Source: Craspedostauros australis (lineage: Eukaryota). Taken from it: a stretch of DNA of 60,919 nucleotides. This document shows positions 20,401 through 29,904 of the stretch, one piece after another. How positions within the stretch are numbered: position 1 is the stretch's first letter; every line of letters starts with the position of its first letter. The translations under genes were made by a program, and so were the position numbers. The stretch spans positions 1-60,919 of the forward strand of contig JALAGF010004255.1 of the NCBI GenBank assembly GCA_030167865.1, read 5' to 3'. Under the pieces are notes generated by a model that saw nothing but the letters and a program-made list of their open reading frames with translations, searched no databases and was not told where the DNA came from.

Positions 20401-23400
20401 TCCTTGGGATCGGACACACGGCGTCGCGTTGGGAAAGGAAGCCGAGGTGCCCACCATCCGACAGACGGAGCCGGGAGAGCGGGATGATCGCGGACAAGCA
20501 CAGCAGTGCTGGCTCGTAGAATCTTGTCTCGCATTCGATGAATCGATCTTTCGGGATGCTGCTGGAGGCGATGATTTCGCACAATGCACTGATCAGGTTC
20601 TGGAGGTTGGATTGCATGTTCGGCGCGTCGATGAACGCAGTGCAGATGCTGGATGCAATCTCACGCGTAGCAACGAGACGTACGGAGCCCCATGTGCTCA
20701 GATCGTCGATCATATCATCGGGGCTGTCGTGAACAGGTCGCGCGATTTTGCCATGGGCATCGAGGGCAATGCTCTTCAAAAGCTGAAGGCATTTCTTCCT
20801 CGTTTTCTTGGATGATGATGGGTCGCGCAAGATCTTGCCAACAATTCGAACACTGTACCGTTGCAATCGGTATCCATTGCGCAGACCCTCTTCTGCCGAG
20901 GATATGTCATTGGTATTGTTTTTGCTACCCAATTCGCCGCTGCCTCTGTGTCCATCTCCATCTCCGACGGCATCTCTCTTTGGCTTCATCTTGTCTGATC
21001 CTACAGCAGACGAGTTAGACGATGTTGGATCCATCTCGTTGACTGTGCGTACGATCACGTACTTCGGTCGTTTGTGGTTGGCCTGCGCCAGCCACGACAG
21101 CAGCGGCATCAAAACCTCGTCGAGCAAAGTCTTGCGAGTTGAGGCAAGATGCCTGGTGATGGACAGTGGAGACAGCGCCGATGAAGGCTGGCTTCGTTCG
21201 GAATGAGATGCGTGTGGCATTTTGGTGTGGGTAGGCACATGTGCTGCATCTTGGTCTTCCAGCGTCAGCATGCGAAGGGCGTCGAGACGAGCCCTCGCCG
21301 AGTGAACAAAGCAGTTGTCATCTGTCACGGCAAATGCATGTCCCAGGATCACCCTGACCGTCTGGGTGATTTCGCTCGGTCGGTACGGAAGCAGCCCGTT
21401 CTGGATCCAGGAGCTGCTCAGCACGTGTCTGTTGACGTTGTTGAGCGTGCCAACGGCAAAAACCTCGGGCTGCAGCAAAAAGTTGTAGAGCCGAACTTGG
21501 TCGTTGAAGTGCTGAATGAAGAAGACTGCTGGTGCTCCCGAGTTGAATTGCTGGTCGAGAAGCGAGCACAATCGAATGATGACGGACTCGACCTCAAGCA
21601 CTCCCTGCGAGATCAAGGGATTGACTTGACGATTGTGCTTGTCGTCTATACTCATGCCATGCATGTTGTTGTATGCCAACCAGGGGCCAACAGCCTCGAG
21701 GAAGGCATTGACGAACGAATGACCGTCAGCCGCCGTCATGAGGTTGTGGGGGTCTTGGGGGTCTTGTTTCAGGCGATGGTCAATGAAATATCCCAACGAA
21801 GTAACTGTGCTGATGGCCAGTGGTAGAAGCGTGAAAAGTTGTGCTACGGTGGAGGATGGCGATTCTGCTTCTTGATTGGCTGATGACTTGGTTGCCAATA
21901 ACTTGGGAGTGGTGGCCGGGGATGCCGACATCGTCAATTGGCTTGATGGTTTTGTGGGGACGTCATATTCATGCTGGAGTAAATCCTCCGCCAGGCTGTG
22001 GATGGCCTTCGAGACATCATGAACAAGGTTGAAGTACCGACCCCACAGCATCTGCAGTGCTGAACTCCCATCCGTCTCGGAATGGTGCCCCCATAGGGCT
22101 GTCATCATGATGTGAAGTGCAGCGTTGGCCTCGATGGATGCAGCCTCCTCCACTGTGTGCTGATCGGTTTGTGTCGAACTGCCCGTAGAAAGTAACGACA
22201 TCACTTTGGACTCGAGAGTATGCCAAGCAACGAATGTGAATTCTGCGTTGTTCAGCATGGTTAGCAGGCAATCAAAGGAATCGGTGAAACAAGATTCGAT
22301 CTGAATCTCCGTTGCCTCCAACTCTTCGTGGTGGGCGACGGACAAACGTGTGCTCGCGAGGTCGGCGATGTCATCATCTTGAAATGCTTTCTTAACGACA
22401 CCAGTCGCAACATGCAAGTGAAATGTTTGTCGCACCATCTTGTCGCGCCATCGTGTTGGGATCAACGCACGGTCGCACAATACCAGCAGGGTGCTGATGG
22501 TCTCCGCTGATGCTGACGATGCTGCCAGGATGTCATGACATACGGTATCCTGATGCATACCCGTGGCTGGGTGGTGGTTTGCGCTGCGCAAAACTGTGAT
22601 TCCATTCTCGGCAACAACAAAGAGAGCCTGAAGCGTCTGATCAATGAGTGTGTCGGTTGGATACCAACCGATGGACACCATGTCTGCTACTACCCGACAT
22701 ATGTCGAGGCAGAATCTCCAGTCGACCTGGTCGCTGTCATGCCACGAGGTAGCGATGAATCCAAGCCATCGCTCAAGTATTCGGTCGACGCTTTCGTCCA
22801 CCGCAACGATTCCCAGACCTCGATTTCGCTTCCAAGTCTGACGTGGCGGGCAGGTTGGCTGCGCCACTTGACGGGCCTTGCCTTTAGCTTTTCCGGTGCC
22901 TTCACCTGTGTTGCTGATTCTGGCTTGCCCATGTCCATCGAATGGTCCGCTGCCCATTGGTGCGCGCTGTGGCGTTGAACTTGAGTCGCAGAATAAGCCT
23001 TGCAAGATGTACGTCTGCGCGAGCATGAATGACTTGTGCACTTCTTCTGTCTCATCTTGGATGATACGGGTACGATCCATGTTGTCTGTCACGGCAACAC
23101 TTGCAGTTGTTTGTGTTTGTTGACCATATGTAGGGTGGGTGTACTGTTCGAAGAGCTCGATCACTGCAACAGTAAAGCTCAGTACATCCGACGGCAACAT
23201 CTCTGACACGTACGGATGTTCCAGGTCTGCAGCAGCAGCAGCAGCAGCGTTGGCTGGATCTATCACGCCGGATGTCGACGCCGGAGGAAATGCTGTCCTT
23301 GTTGTGTTTGAATGTGAGCCACCTCTTGCTGTCTTGGATAAGTTCAGCACGATGCTGTGTGGTATATCGTGGCTTGACCTGCCATGATGTTGGTGACGCT

Positions 23401-24181
23401 GTTGATGCTGCTGGTGTTCTTGATGGGGTGTGGAATGGTGGGCTGTGTCTCTGTGATGGTGCGTTTTGTAACGCCAGGACGGGCCGATGGACTTGCACAC
23501 CAGAGCAGCGCACACCCAGAGTATGTCAGTCAAATTGGATGTGTGGTGCGCTGGACTCATCACATTCGCAATGACTGGATGATGAGAGTTCGAATGAATA
23601 GACTCTGTTGCTGCTGCTGCCGCTACTGGGGGTTGCTGTTGTTGCTGTTGCTGTTGCTGTTGTCGTGAGTGTTTCTGCCTTGCATTGCCCACGCCAATGC
23701 CACTAGTGCCGCTGCCGATGCCGTCAACATCACCAGTACGAGGGAGAGTACGTCCGCTCTCACCTCTCGGTCTCACGTCTCCAACAGCTTTGATTGCATT
23801 CATTGACAAGGTTGGATACAGCCGTAGAGTGGTCCTCCGTATCGTATGAAAGACGTCCGTCGGATTGTACGATTGGACGGGACATTTGTGAATGGAATGC
23901 TGCAGCATCCTCGTCACCTTGTGGATGGATCGATACCCCACGCATTCACGCAAAGCGTCACATGCCACGTACACGGGAACGACAGGTCTTGGTGTCCGCT
24001 TCCTGTTTGTGGCTGATGTGTGAGGCGTACGCCGCGTTGCATCGTCATCGCGAGAGTTCTGCTGCTGCTGCTGCTGACGATGATGATGCTGCGGGGTTGA
24101 TTGCGGATCTATTGCATCGTTGGTTGCGTCTTTTCTGTTGTCCTTGGTCATCTGAACTTTCAACCCGTAGTGTCCTCGCAT
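17477..24181 (-). CDS. TSC2: Tuberin (TSC2)-like Rap/Rheb-GAP domain protein
   Basis: 2234-aa ORF; C-terminal HKVALLY...FASGLG...YSGGLD...IVFHDVTWMP...KRHVGNDAVAIVF (Asn-thumb RapGAP); GWIEIIVRCPT at about 18955-18985 matches the TSC2 GWAEILVRRPTG motif. Confidence 0.8.
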   Translation of the reverse strand: MRGHYGLKVQMTKDNRKDATNDAIDPQSTPQHHHRQQQQQQNSRDDDATRRTPHTSATNRKRTPRPVVPVYVACDALRECVGYRSIHKVTRMLQHSIHKCPVQSYNPTDVFHTIRRTTLRLYPTLSMNAIKAVGDVRPRGESGRTLPRTGDVDGIGSGTSGIGVGNARQKHSRQQQQQQQQQQPPVAAAAATESIHSNSHHPVIANVMSPAHHTSNLTDILWVCAALVCKSIGPSWRYKTHHHRDTAHHSTPHQEHQQHQQRHQHHGRSSHDIPHSIVLNLSKTARGGSHSNTTRTAFPPASTSGVIDPANAAAAAAADLEHPYVSEMLPSDVLSFTVAVIELFEQYTHPTYGQQTQTTASVAVTDNMDRTRIIQDETEEVHKSFMLAQTYILQGLFCDSSSTPQRAPMGSGPFDGHGQARISNTGEGTGKAKGKARQVAQPTCPPRQTWKRNRGLGIVAVDESVDRILERWLGFIATSWHDSDQVDWRFCLDICRVVADMVSIGWYPTDTLIDQTLQALFVVAENGITVLRSANHHPATGMHQDTVCHDILAASSASAETISTLLVLCDRALIPTRWRDKMVRQTFHLHVATGVVKKAFQDDDIADLASTRLSVAHHEELEATEIQIESCFTDSFDCLLTMLNNAEFTFVAWHTLESKVMSLLSTGSSTQTDQHTVEEAASIEANAALHIMMTALWGHHSETDGSSALQMLWGRYFNLVHDVSKAIHSLAEDLLQHEYDVPTKPSSQLTMSASPATTPKLLATKSSANQEAESPSSTVAQLFTLLPLAISTVTSLGYFIDHRLKQDPQDPHNLMTAADGHSFVNAFLEAVGPWLAYNNMHGMSIDDKHNRQVNPLISQGVLEVESVIIRLCSLLDQQFNSGAPAVFFIQHFNDQVRLYNFLLQPEVFAVGTLNNVNRHVLSSSWIQNGLLPYRPSEITQTVRVILGHAFAVTDDNCFVHSARARLDALRMLTLEDQDAAHVPTHTKMPHASHSERSQPSSALSPLSITRHLASTRKTLLDEVLMPLLSWLAQANHKRPKYVIVRTVNEMDPTSSNSSAVGSDKMKPKRDAVGDGDGHRGSGELGSKNNTNDISSAEEGLRNGYRLQRYSVRIVGKILRDPSSSKKTRKKCLQLLKSIALDAHGKIARPVHDSPDDMIDDLSTWGSVRLVATREIASSICTAFIDAPNMQSNLQNLISALCEIIASSSIPKDRFIECETRFYEPALLCLSAIIPLSRLRLSDGGHLGFLSQRDAVCPIPRNLLIFLSRSTDHPSDQRPITIIASSVMAHAPGRGKVTTTTTRPRHHSGRMAPSTIISFENMIGTLCQSLDYCCNRIGACQHEQTHMFLSTIIDFTSKTISSIMMSGAPVDLLDAVRVDNLVNVLRSESSRCDCRASVLRLAVQVLNAALINQGRGTSANRADTIVGELSKNPSTRTTWSCVGHRFLASIVNFSSANDKHLICVAEFIRSSLSRVVRSPREHHDGCLANESSGATKRPSGTADKENPAETASGLASSLSTLCEILQSRPAVLQQHGGALAVDFVQMIRGIIATRLEEPNYILYLSIRCMGLLISLLNQDSLDDLIEAGIDFHKTSAGTSADDHTQPSIPSVPDLYVPHVDFLNKYAQVLLQNRSQVLHRVDRIRNSAAASRSYSYHRDLASEIVAIEEFQTSAGINPTTTTTATNNDNNYNYNNRKSAKDNAKGNDSKAAEASWLCGDSTLLTFRRGSPTSRYRGWIEIIVRCPTSRRRALVRMNSQVSLANPSPARATLRSSRLSNMKVQEGDVSFPKISPLPTKLRHQENDIINEAQSLMQTMDELFTNDNRRGILGKGIGSRRNNSNDTLDSLARWSNHSIQSLADAMVGTTTDDGGPDKADEVNEVSIRQWIRDFLCSDRANNEDFALIVEHLRQLGFDEEVLKSWTLAPTSADSSDGTAPSSGANASADSNANASRLIPSYLPVKRMRPGHKLNQAISIVDRRLPCLAHKVALLYAGPHGNDADDQDPETIILGSKASAPAFHRFASGLGGLVPTNELRYYSGGLDVTEYESDGALARAWISDDSDPNILDAARSVIVFHDVTWMPDEINTRKRHVGNDAVAIVFVDKDSPVAADIDLEPAEMRQNLISGHFGFVTIFVSPFAQNDDFVRVCVRIRKHLPSALRRELMYFVENEIVPTVDAANVVRGIAIRADLACRSVLDTLPPPFPCLERYRILYQLKRLAVGKGGRAVTHNSYNSTK

Positions 24182-25842
24182 GTAATGATGAGCAGGATCG
24201 TATCACCAATCATGTCCTTTCTCGCTACGTGCTCGTCTCTATCTCGATCTATTGTACAATATTATATAATGGAATTGGACTTCTCGTTGTCCTGCTTTCT
24301 TGTGCCACTCGTTGTCGTAGAATTCAGCCCGAGCTCAGGAGAGAGATGCTCGTGTGGATGCGGGTAACCATCAAAGACTCGGTGATGATTCACCTTTTCT
24401 CGCTCTCCCGAATTCCTTGCCATCGGTGTCGCCTTGGAGCGGAACTCGTTTGTGTGGTGTATGGTCAACGTGTCTGCTTGCTTGTCGAATAGTATAATAA
24501 TAGAATCGAGCATGTACTGGCAAGGCAGGATGATGATGTCACTTGTGGGCTTCCCAATGTGATACTCAAGGTCTCGTTTGTCTCGAGAGGCCTGACTTTG
24601 ATGGCCTTGCCCTCAGTTGCCAACGCCTCGTGTTACCTCGAAGTTCGCTCCTTCGCCTCACTCGTGCTTTCTTCTTCGCTTTCTTCTTTTGGACAGTCTG
24701 CGAATCTGAGAACTCCAGCCAAATTGGGAACGGCAACTTCCTTTGTCACAATTTGACGATCAGGGGTCCTGCGATCTCTCCTCCTTTCATGACAAGTGTT
24801 GTCCTCACCCTCGCTCTCACTCTCTTTGTCTCTCTCTCTCTCTTGCCTTGACGTTGCTCAAAGGGTGTGCCCCCAGCCAGAGTCTTCAGTTGGCGCCAAC
24901 TATCTCCGCACCAGGGCCATTGATACCGCACATCTCCATGCTTCCAAACTTCCATCCTTTCTCCGTCTCCATTGTTCCCACCTTTCTTCCTCTCCTTCGT
25001 CAGCTTCCGTCTTCAACATGCGTACCACGTTTCTTCTTTGACAATCAGGACGCAGAATTTGTGTGGAGGCAAATCGCATCAACATAACGTCACATAACGT
25101 TCGATTAAACGCCGTCCATAAATGCGTAACTGACACACTGACGTCACGCGACAGCAACTCTTCCTCGGTTCTTTGACCACTGCGACTGCATCGGATCCTC
25201 CAATCCCGACTTTATTCGGAGTTGTTGGAGCGAAATTGGCTTTTGGGTTCATCCGGTGCCGGCTTCTTGTGTGGGGAGATGTCGTCGTTTCTTGTTCGCT
25301 TCTTGTTCGCTTCTTCGTCGACGGTTCGTGACGCTGTTTCTCAGAGTCATCTCACTGTTTGGGGTGTCGAGATCGACTTGTTTGTAGCAGTAGGTATTCT
25401 ATGTTGGCTTGGCCACGAGCTATGATTGGGAGCGGTTCAGTATGGCAGTTCGTCCGTATCGGTGAAAGGAGGAGCTATTATTTGTGTGGTTGGCACGATA
25501 GGTAGTAGAGAGCACGAGCATGTGAGCACTGGCAAGTGTCATACACGCAGAGCAGGTACAAGCGACAAGGCAACGAGTACTCGTTCTTTCAGCATGTGTC
25601 TTTTTGGGCGTCCACGCGACGAGGAAGGCAGGAGCTAATCATGGTTTATACGTGTGATAGCGTTGTTCTATTGATTGTATGTTGGCGTGATGCGCTTGGC
25701 ATCAGTCGCTCGTGACTTTGTGAGGCTATGCTCGGAGTACGTCGCCTGTGCTCTTCGGTATATACCCCGATCACATGATCTTCGCTCTCTCCCTCATGGA
25801 GTCGGTTTCTGTTAAGAGCGATGGTAGCTCCTGCACAATCGT

Positions 25843-27336
25843 TCATGCGGCTTTAGCGACCACCTTCTGTGCCATGGAACCCCTGCGCTGCGGTTTGGCG
25901 ATTGCGCGGTCGCTGCATGGTTTGGGTGGCACGCTTTGCCTCGTGCTGTCGTCGTCGTCATCCGCTTGGTTGGGCTGTTGCGTGGTGAGAGCACAGTCGG
26001 TTTCGGAGAATCGACGTGGTAGACGACTTTGGCAGTGCTGATCGAGATCGCCCCAGATGCACGATGAATCGTCGTCCAGAACGCACACGGCGTCTTGCAA
26101 CCCCTGCAGGTAAGCAGCGCGTCTCGCCTCCATGCCCGATCGAACGTAGTGGAAGGCGATGATGTTGGCATCGCAGAAGCCTTTGGCACGTTGATCATCC
26201 TGTTCCGACAGGACGGCTTCCAGCGATGCAAGCCGACTCTCGTCCTTCTCTCTGCGTGTGGCTGTGTCGGCGCAGTTCCATTCCAGCCCGCGAAAGCAGA
26301 ACGAGTCGTCGTCGTCGTCGTCGTCGTCGTCATCATCCTCATCCTCATCGCAGTAGGCTTGTACGTGATGCGGATGTTGATATTGCTCGTCCTGCCACTG
26401 CGGTTCGACGTGCTGTGGTTGGTTGGGCATGTCCGAGCTTTGCTGCTGCTGCTGCTGCTGTTGCTGCTCGTCTTGTCTTGACTTTTGAATGTCAGTGCGG
26501 CAATCCTCGCGGATTCTGCGGATGTCTTCGGGCTGCAGCCAGGCTGCGCGCGTTTCTTCAGCGGTGCGCGGAGGGTACATCCTCACCTCGACTTCGCTAT
26601 TGAAGTGGACCTGTCTCTCCATGATGGTGGGCAATTGGGGTCGAGTTGATGAGATGCTGCTGTCGTGGTTGTTGTCGTTGTTGTCGTTGCTGACTTTGGC
26701 GTTGTGAAAATATGGCTGGTGTGGTTTGAAGCTGTGGGGAGCGAAGAGCAAAGAGGGCGGGGACCGCGTCTGCACAGGCAACAACACGAGTACTTGTGTG
26801 GGATGTGGCTCCGTGACAAGTCGTGCGGCTATGCGGCTTTGTGAACGTTGTTGGCGTTGTTGTTGTTGTCGTGGTTGGAACGCTTCTTGTGTCTGAGATG
26901 GTGGCGGAAGTTGCTGTTCCGACTGTTCTTGTTTGGAGTCTCTTCGTGTCTTGGGGTGAAGCCTGGACATTTTATGAGAGGAAGTGCGGTTGCGGCGTGC
27001 GGTGTGGGGATGGCATTCCGTCACAGGGACAGCCCCGCCTCCGTTTTCGGAGGGTGCTGCGAGAGTGTCAATTCGAAGAGACTGACCGAAAAGAGTTGTG
27101 GGTGCATGACCAAATGACACTGATGGTTGTTCTTCGTCTCTTTGTTTTCGGATGCTGATGACAACGTCGTTTTTACCATTGTTGGCGTGGTTGTCACTGC
27201 TGCTGTGGCTGCTGCTCCTGCTGGCGCTGTTGCTATCACTGCTGGTGCTGGCGGTATTAACGCTGTTGTTGAGCTTGGTTTCGTGGTGTTGGTTGGAGTT
27301 GGATTGGTGATGGAAAGCCCGCTTGATTGGCATCAT
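25843..27336 (-). CDS. Hypothetical protein of a diatom-type 'VxF...W...CxRGLE...VLxEQ...GxxDA' family
   Basis: 497-aa ORF; core RQVHFNSEVEV...AAWL...FCFRGLE...AVLSEQDDQ...IIAFHY...AYLQGLQDA flanked by Q/S/D low-complexity sequence. Confidence 0.75.
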   Translation of the reverse strand: MMPIKRAFHHQSNSNQHHETKLNNSVNTASTSSDSNSASRSSSHSSSDNHANNGKNDVVISIRKQRDEEQPSVSFGHAPTTLFGQSLRIDTLAAPSENGGGAVPVTECHPHTARRNRTSSHKMSRLHPKTRRDSKQEQSEQQLPPPSQTQEAFQPRQQQQRQQRSQSRIAARLVTEPHPTQVLVLLPVQTRSPPSLLFAPHSFKPHQPYFHNAKVSNDNNDNNHDSSISSTRPQLPTIMERQVHFNSEVEVRMYPPRTAEETRAAWLQPEDIRRIREDCRTDIQKSRQDEQQQQQQQQQSSDMPNQPQHVEPQWQDEQYQHPHHVQAYCDEDEDDDDDDDDDDDSFCFRGLEWNCADTATRREKDESRLASLEAVLSEQDDQRAKGFCDANIIAFHYVRSGMEARRAAYLQGLQDAVCVLDDDSSCIWGDLDQHCQSRLPRRFSETDCALTTQQPNQADDDDDSTRQSVPPKPCSDRAIAKPQRRGSMAQKVVAKAA

Positions 27337-29636
27337 GATGCTGTGTTTTTGTGCTTTTGGGTGACTTGGTTTTCTTTTTGTGAGGTCTCGGGTGTGGGCC
27401 CAGAACAGTCAACGAACTCAGCGCCACAGACGGGTTTGAATTGTTTAACCGTCACATTGATTCAAAGACATAAGAAATAAAATGACTGGTTTGGCGATGT
27501 CCATGGCAGTATCTGCACTCGCGCAAGCGTGTCAACAGATAAGAACATGTGGGAAGGCGAAATGCAAGCCTATGTAGTGGACGAGCAAAGCTCAATCAAA
27601 CCATTGCAAAAGTGTCTTGGGATGAACGAGTGGGAACAGTCACATGAAACGTCGTCTTTGTAACTGTGTGCGTCGTCTAGCGCGTCTCTCCTGAACATGG
27701 AGTTGACACATCCACATGTGTTGTGCGAGAAAAACCGGGATTTGGTGTTATTCAAAAATACTGCACAGCGTGACCGCCTTCGTCGGCTTTCGCCTTCGCG
27801 GTACAACTCTGCACGTGCAGATACCCTCCGACTTCTCTTTCCTCGTACTCGTTGAGCGACTGGCTTCGATCTGAGCCTCACGAGATGGAGTCTTGACCCA
27901 AGGACTCAGCAGGGTGCAGCACTTAGTCTAAATTTAACTAGAATGCCTGAGGACATCATCCAAGAGCACGTCATCCAACCTCCTTCAAGATAGCCTCGGG
28001 TTCCACAAACAAACAAAGCCATCGAAGCGTCGACACCGACAAAACCATCCAAACGAGCTGCTCGGGTTGGGAATGAAATGTAAACCGCGCAAACCTATGG
28101 CAACATTTATAAGATGTTAGAGTGCCCATGATCGTACACAACCATGCGCGATGCGCATGATTCGATAGGAATTTCTCGATTTATTGTGCTTCGATCCAGA
28201 CCACGTACTCGTGCACGATCGGCACGAGTAGGTAATTCAAACACGACGTTGTTGGTACTCATCCAAGAGCGGATGTGCCATCCTCACCATTACATTTACT
28301 CTGCAGCACCATCTACTCAAGAGTACTGTTTGTCTTTGCGACGGCAGAGGGGTCGGTATGAGCATCAGAATCAGCACAAGTGTCAGCATCGCTTTCATAG
28401 GTCGTACGAGTCAACAGTGGATTAGATCGCGAGATGGCAGCACCTGCGATCTATGGCATGTCTGGGTGCGGTGCGACTGATGTGCTACTGATGTGTGTAA
28501 TGCATATAATACGACCTAGTTACCGAAAGGAAAGCGCGCCTTCGTGTTTGAGGACTCTCTGCTCGTACACTGCGAAGGAGAGATCCATTCTCGTGGGGTG
28601 CAATACCTCGCGGAGCGAATGGATGACCAGAAGGTTTCCAATGCACCTCTGTGGGTTCCAGTAAGACCACACACAAGCCCGCTGTTGGTTCAACGCATGA
28701 TCGACCTGATCCTTCGTCTTCGATCACTGTGGTCCTCATGGATTGCATTGCATTTCGTGATCCTTGCTGCTGCATAACGACGATGATGGGGCATGTGTCG
28801 AAGGGGCCCTTCGCTCAAATCGTCGCCGCCATCCAATCCAAGTTTATCCGTGTTTGGCGACCTCTTTCTTCCTGTGAAACAAACATTATATAACAGGTGT
28901 TCTCTCTCTCTCTCTCTCGAGTGTTTGCATGTGTGGTACGCACATCTGTGTGCGAGTGTCGCAATCTAGGTATCAGTGATCGCCCTTGCGCGTCTGAGTG
29001 TCAAGCGGCGGAGTGGACCAGGGTTTGATACGATCGAAAAGGGATTGCAGAACCTGCGTGGTTCCCCCTCTCCCGTGTGTGCAGATTCAAACAACAAATC
29101 GTTCTCGTCTTATGAAATGGATTCTTTTGTGAAGAGCTTGCCAAACAAGAAGTGATGGATTCATCCAACACCGTATTGACGTGATGTTCGACGAGCCACG
29201 AGCTGATGGAGTGCACATTTGGAACGATCGTTGTTGCTCGTGCTGCCTCATTGCCGATGGCGGCACTGTCACGAGAAGAGTACCGATCTCGCTTCTCTCC
29301 AATTTCATCATTCGTGCGAACCTCTCATTCACTCTGAAGGTCACTGTTCGTTCCCACGGAACGACAGCATGGACACTTGTGTGGGCACAATGGGCAGCCC
29401 TTTGTTACCCTCGTCCGTGGAAAGTGCAACTATGATCAAGCGGAGGAAACCAGAAATGTCGGGTTCACGAGCCGAATGAGCGGCCGTCACGCTTTGATTT
29501 GGCCTCGGGCATCAGTGAACACTGCGAAAACGAAAACCACAGCAAGGCCTAAGTTTAGTATGTTAGGCGATATTGACTTAATAAACACTAATGAAGTACG
29601 CATGATTCGTTTTCGACCCGCGTGACTCATTCGACG

Positions 29637-29700
29637 TTCGCGCCAAAAAGAGATCGCGCCATTTCTGACAACAACGCGACAAAATCCCGTATCGCCAAAC
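29637..29700. promoter_or_regulatory. Cluster of E2F-like sites upstream of WDHD1
   Basis: TTCGCGCCAAA at 29637-29647 (reverse strand TTTGGCGC fits the TTTSSCGC consensus), plus TCGCGCCATTT, ACGCGACAAAA and TCGCCAAA within 65 bp, about 200-270 bp before the ATG of a replication gene. Confidence 0.5.
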
Positions 29701-29904
29701 TCGCTCGGACGATCCAACACGCAAACAAAAAACAGCAACGAGACGACTCCATTCCATTCTGTGGCGTCTGGTTGTTTCCATTTCTCACACAAATCACAAT
29801 CGTACAAACGTAGACGCAAGCGCAGACACAAGCACAGAAACACAACATCAATCATTGCATCAACACCAACGCCAACAACAGCAGCAGCAGCTGCAGCAGC
29901 GACC

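Noticed and set aside
27400..29600. Long intergenic region with many short ORFs
   Set aside because: No coding, repeat or RNA-gene signature that I could support.
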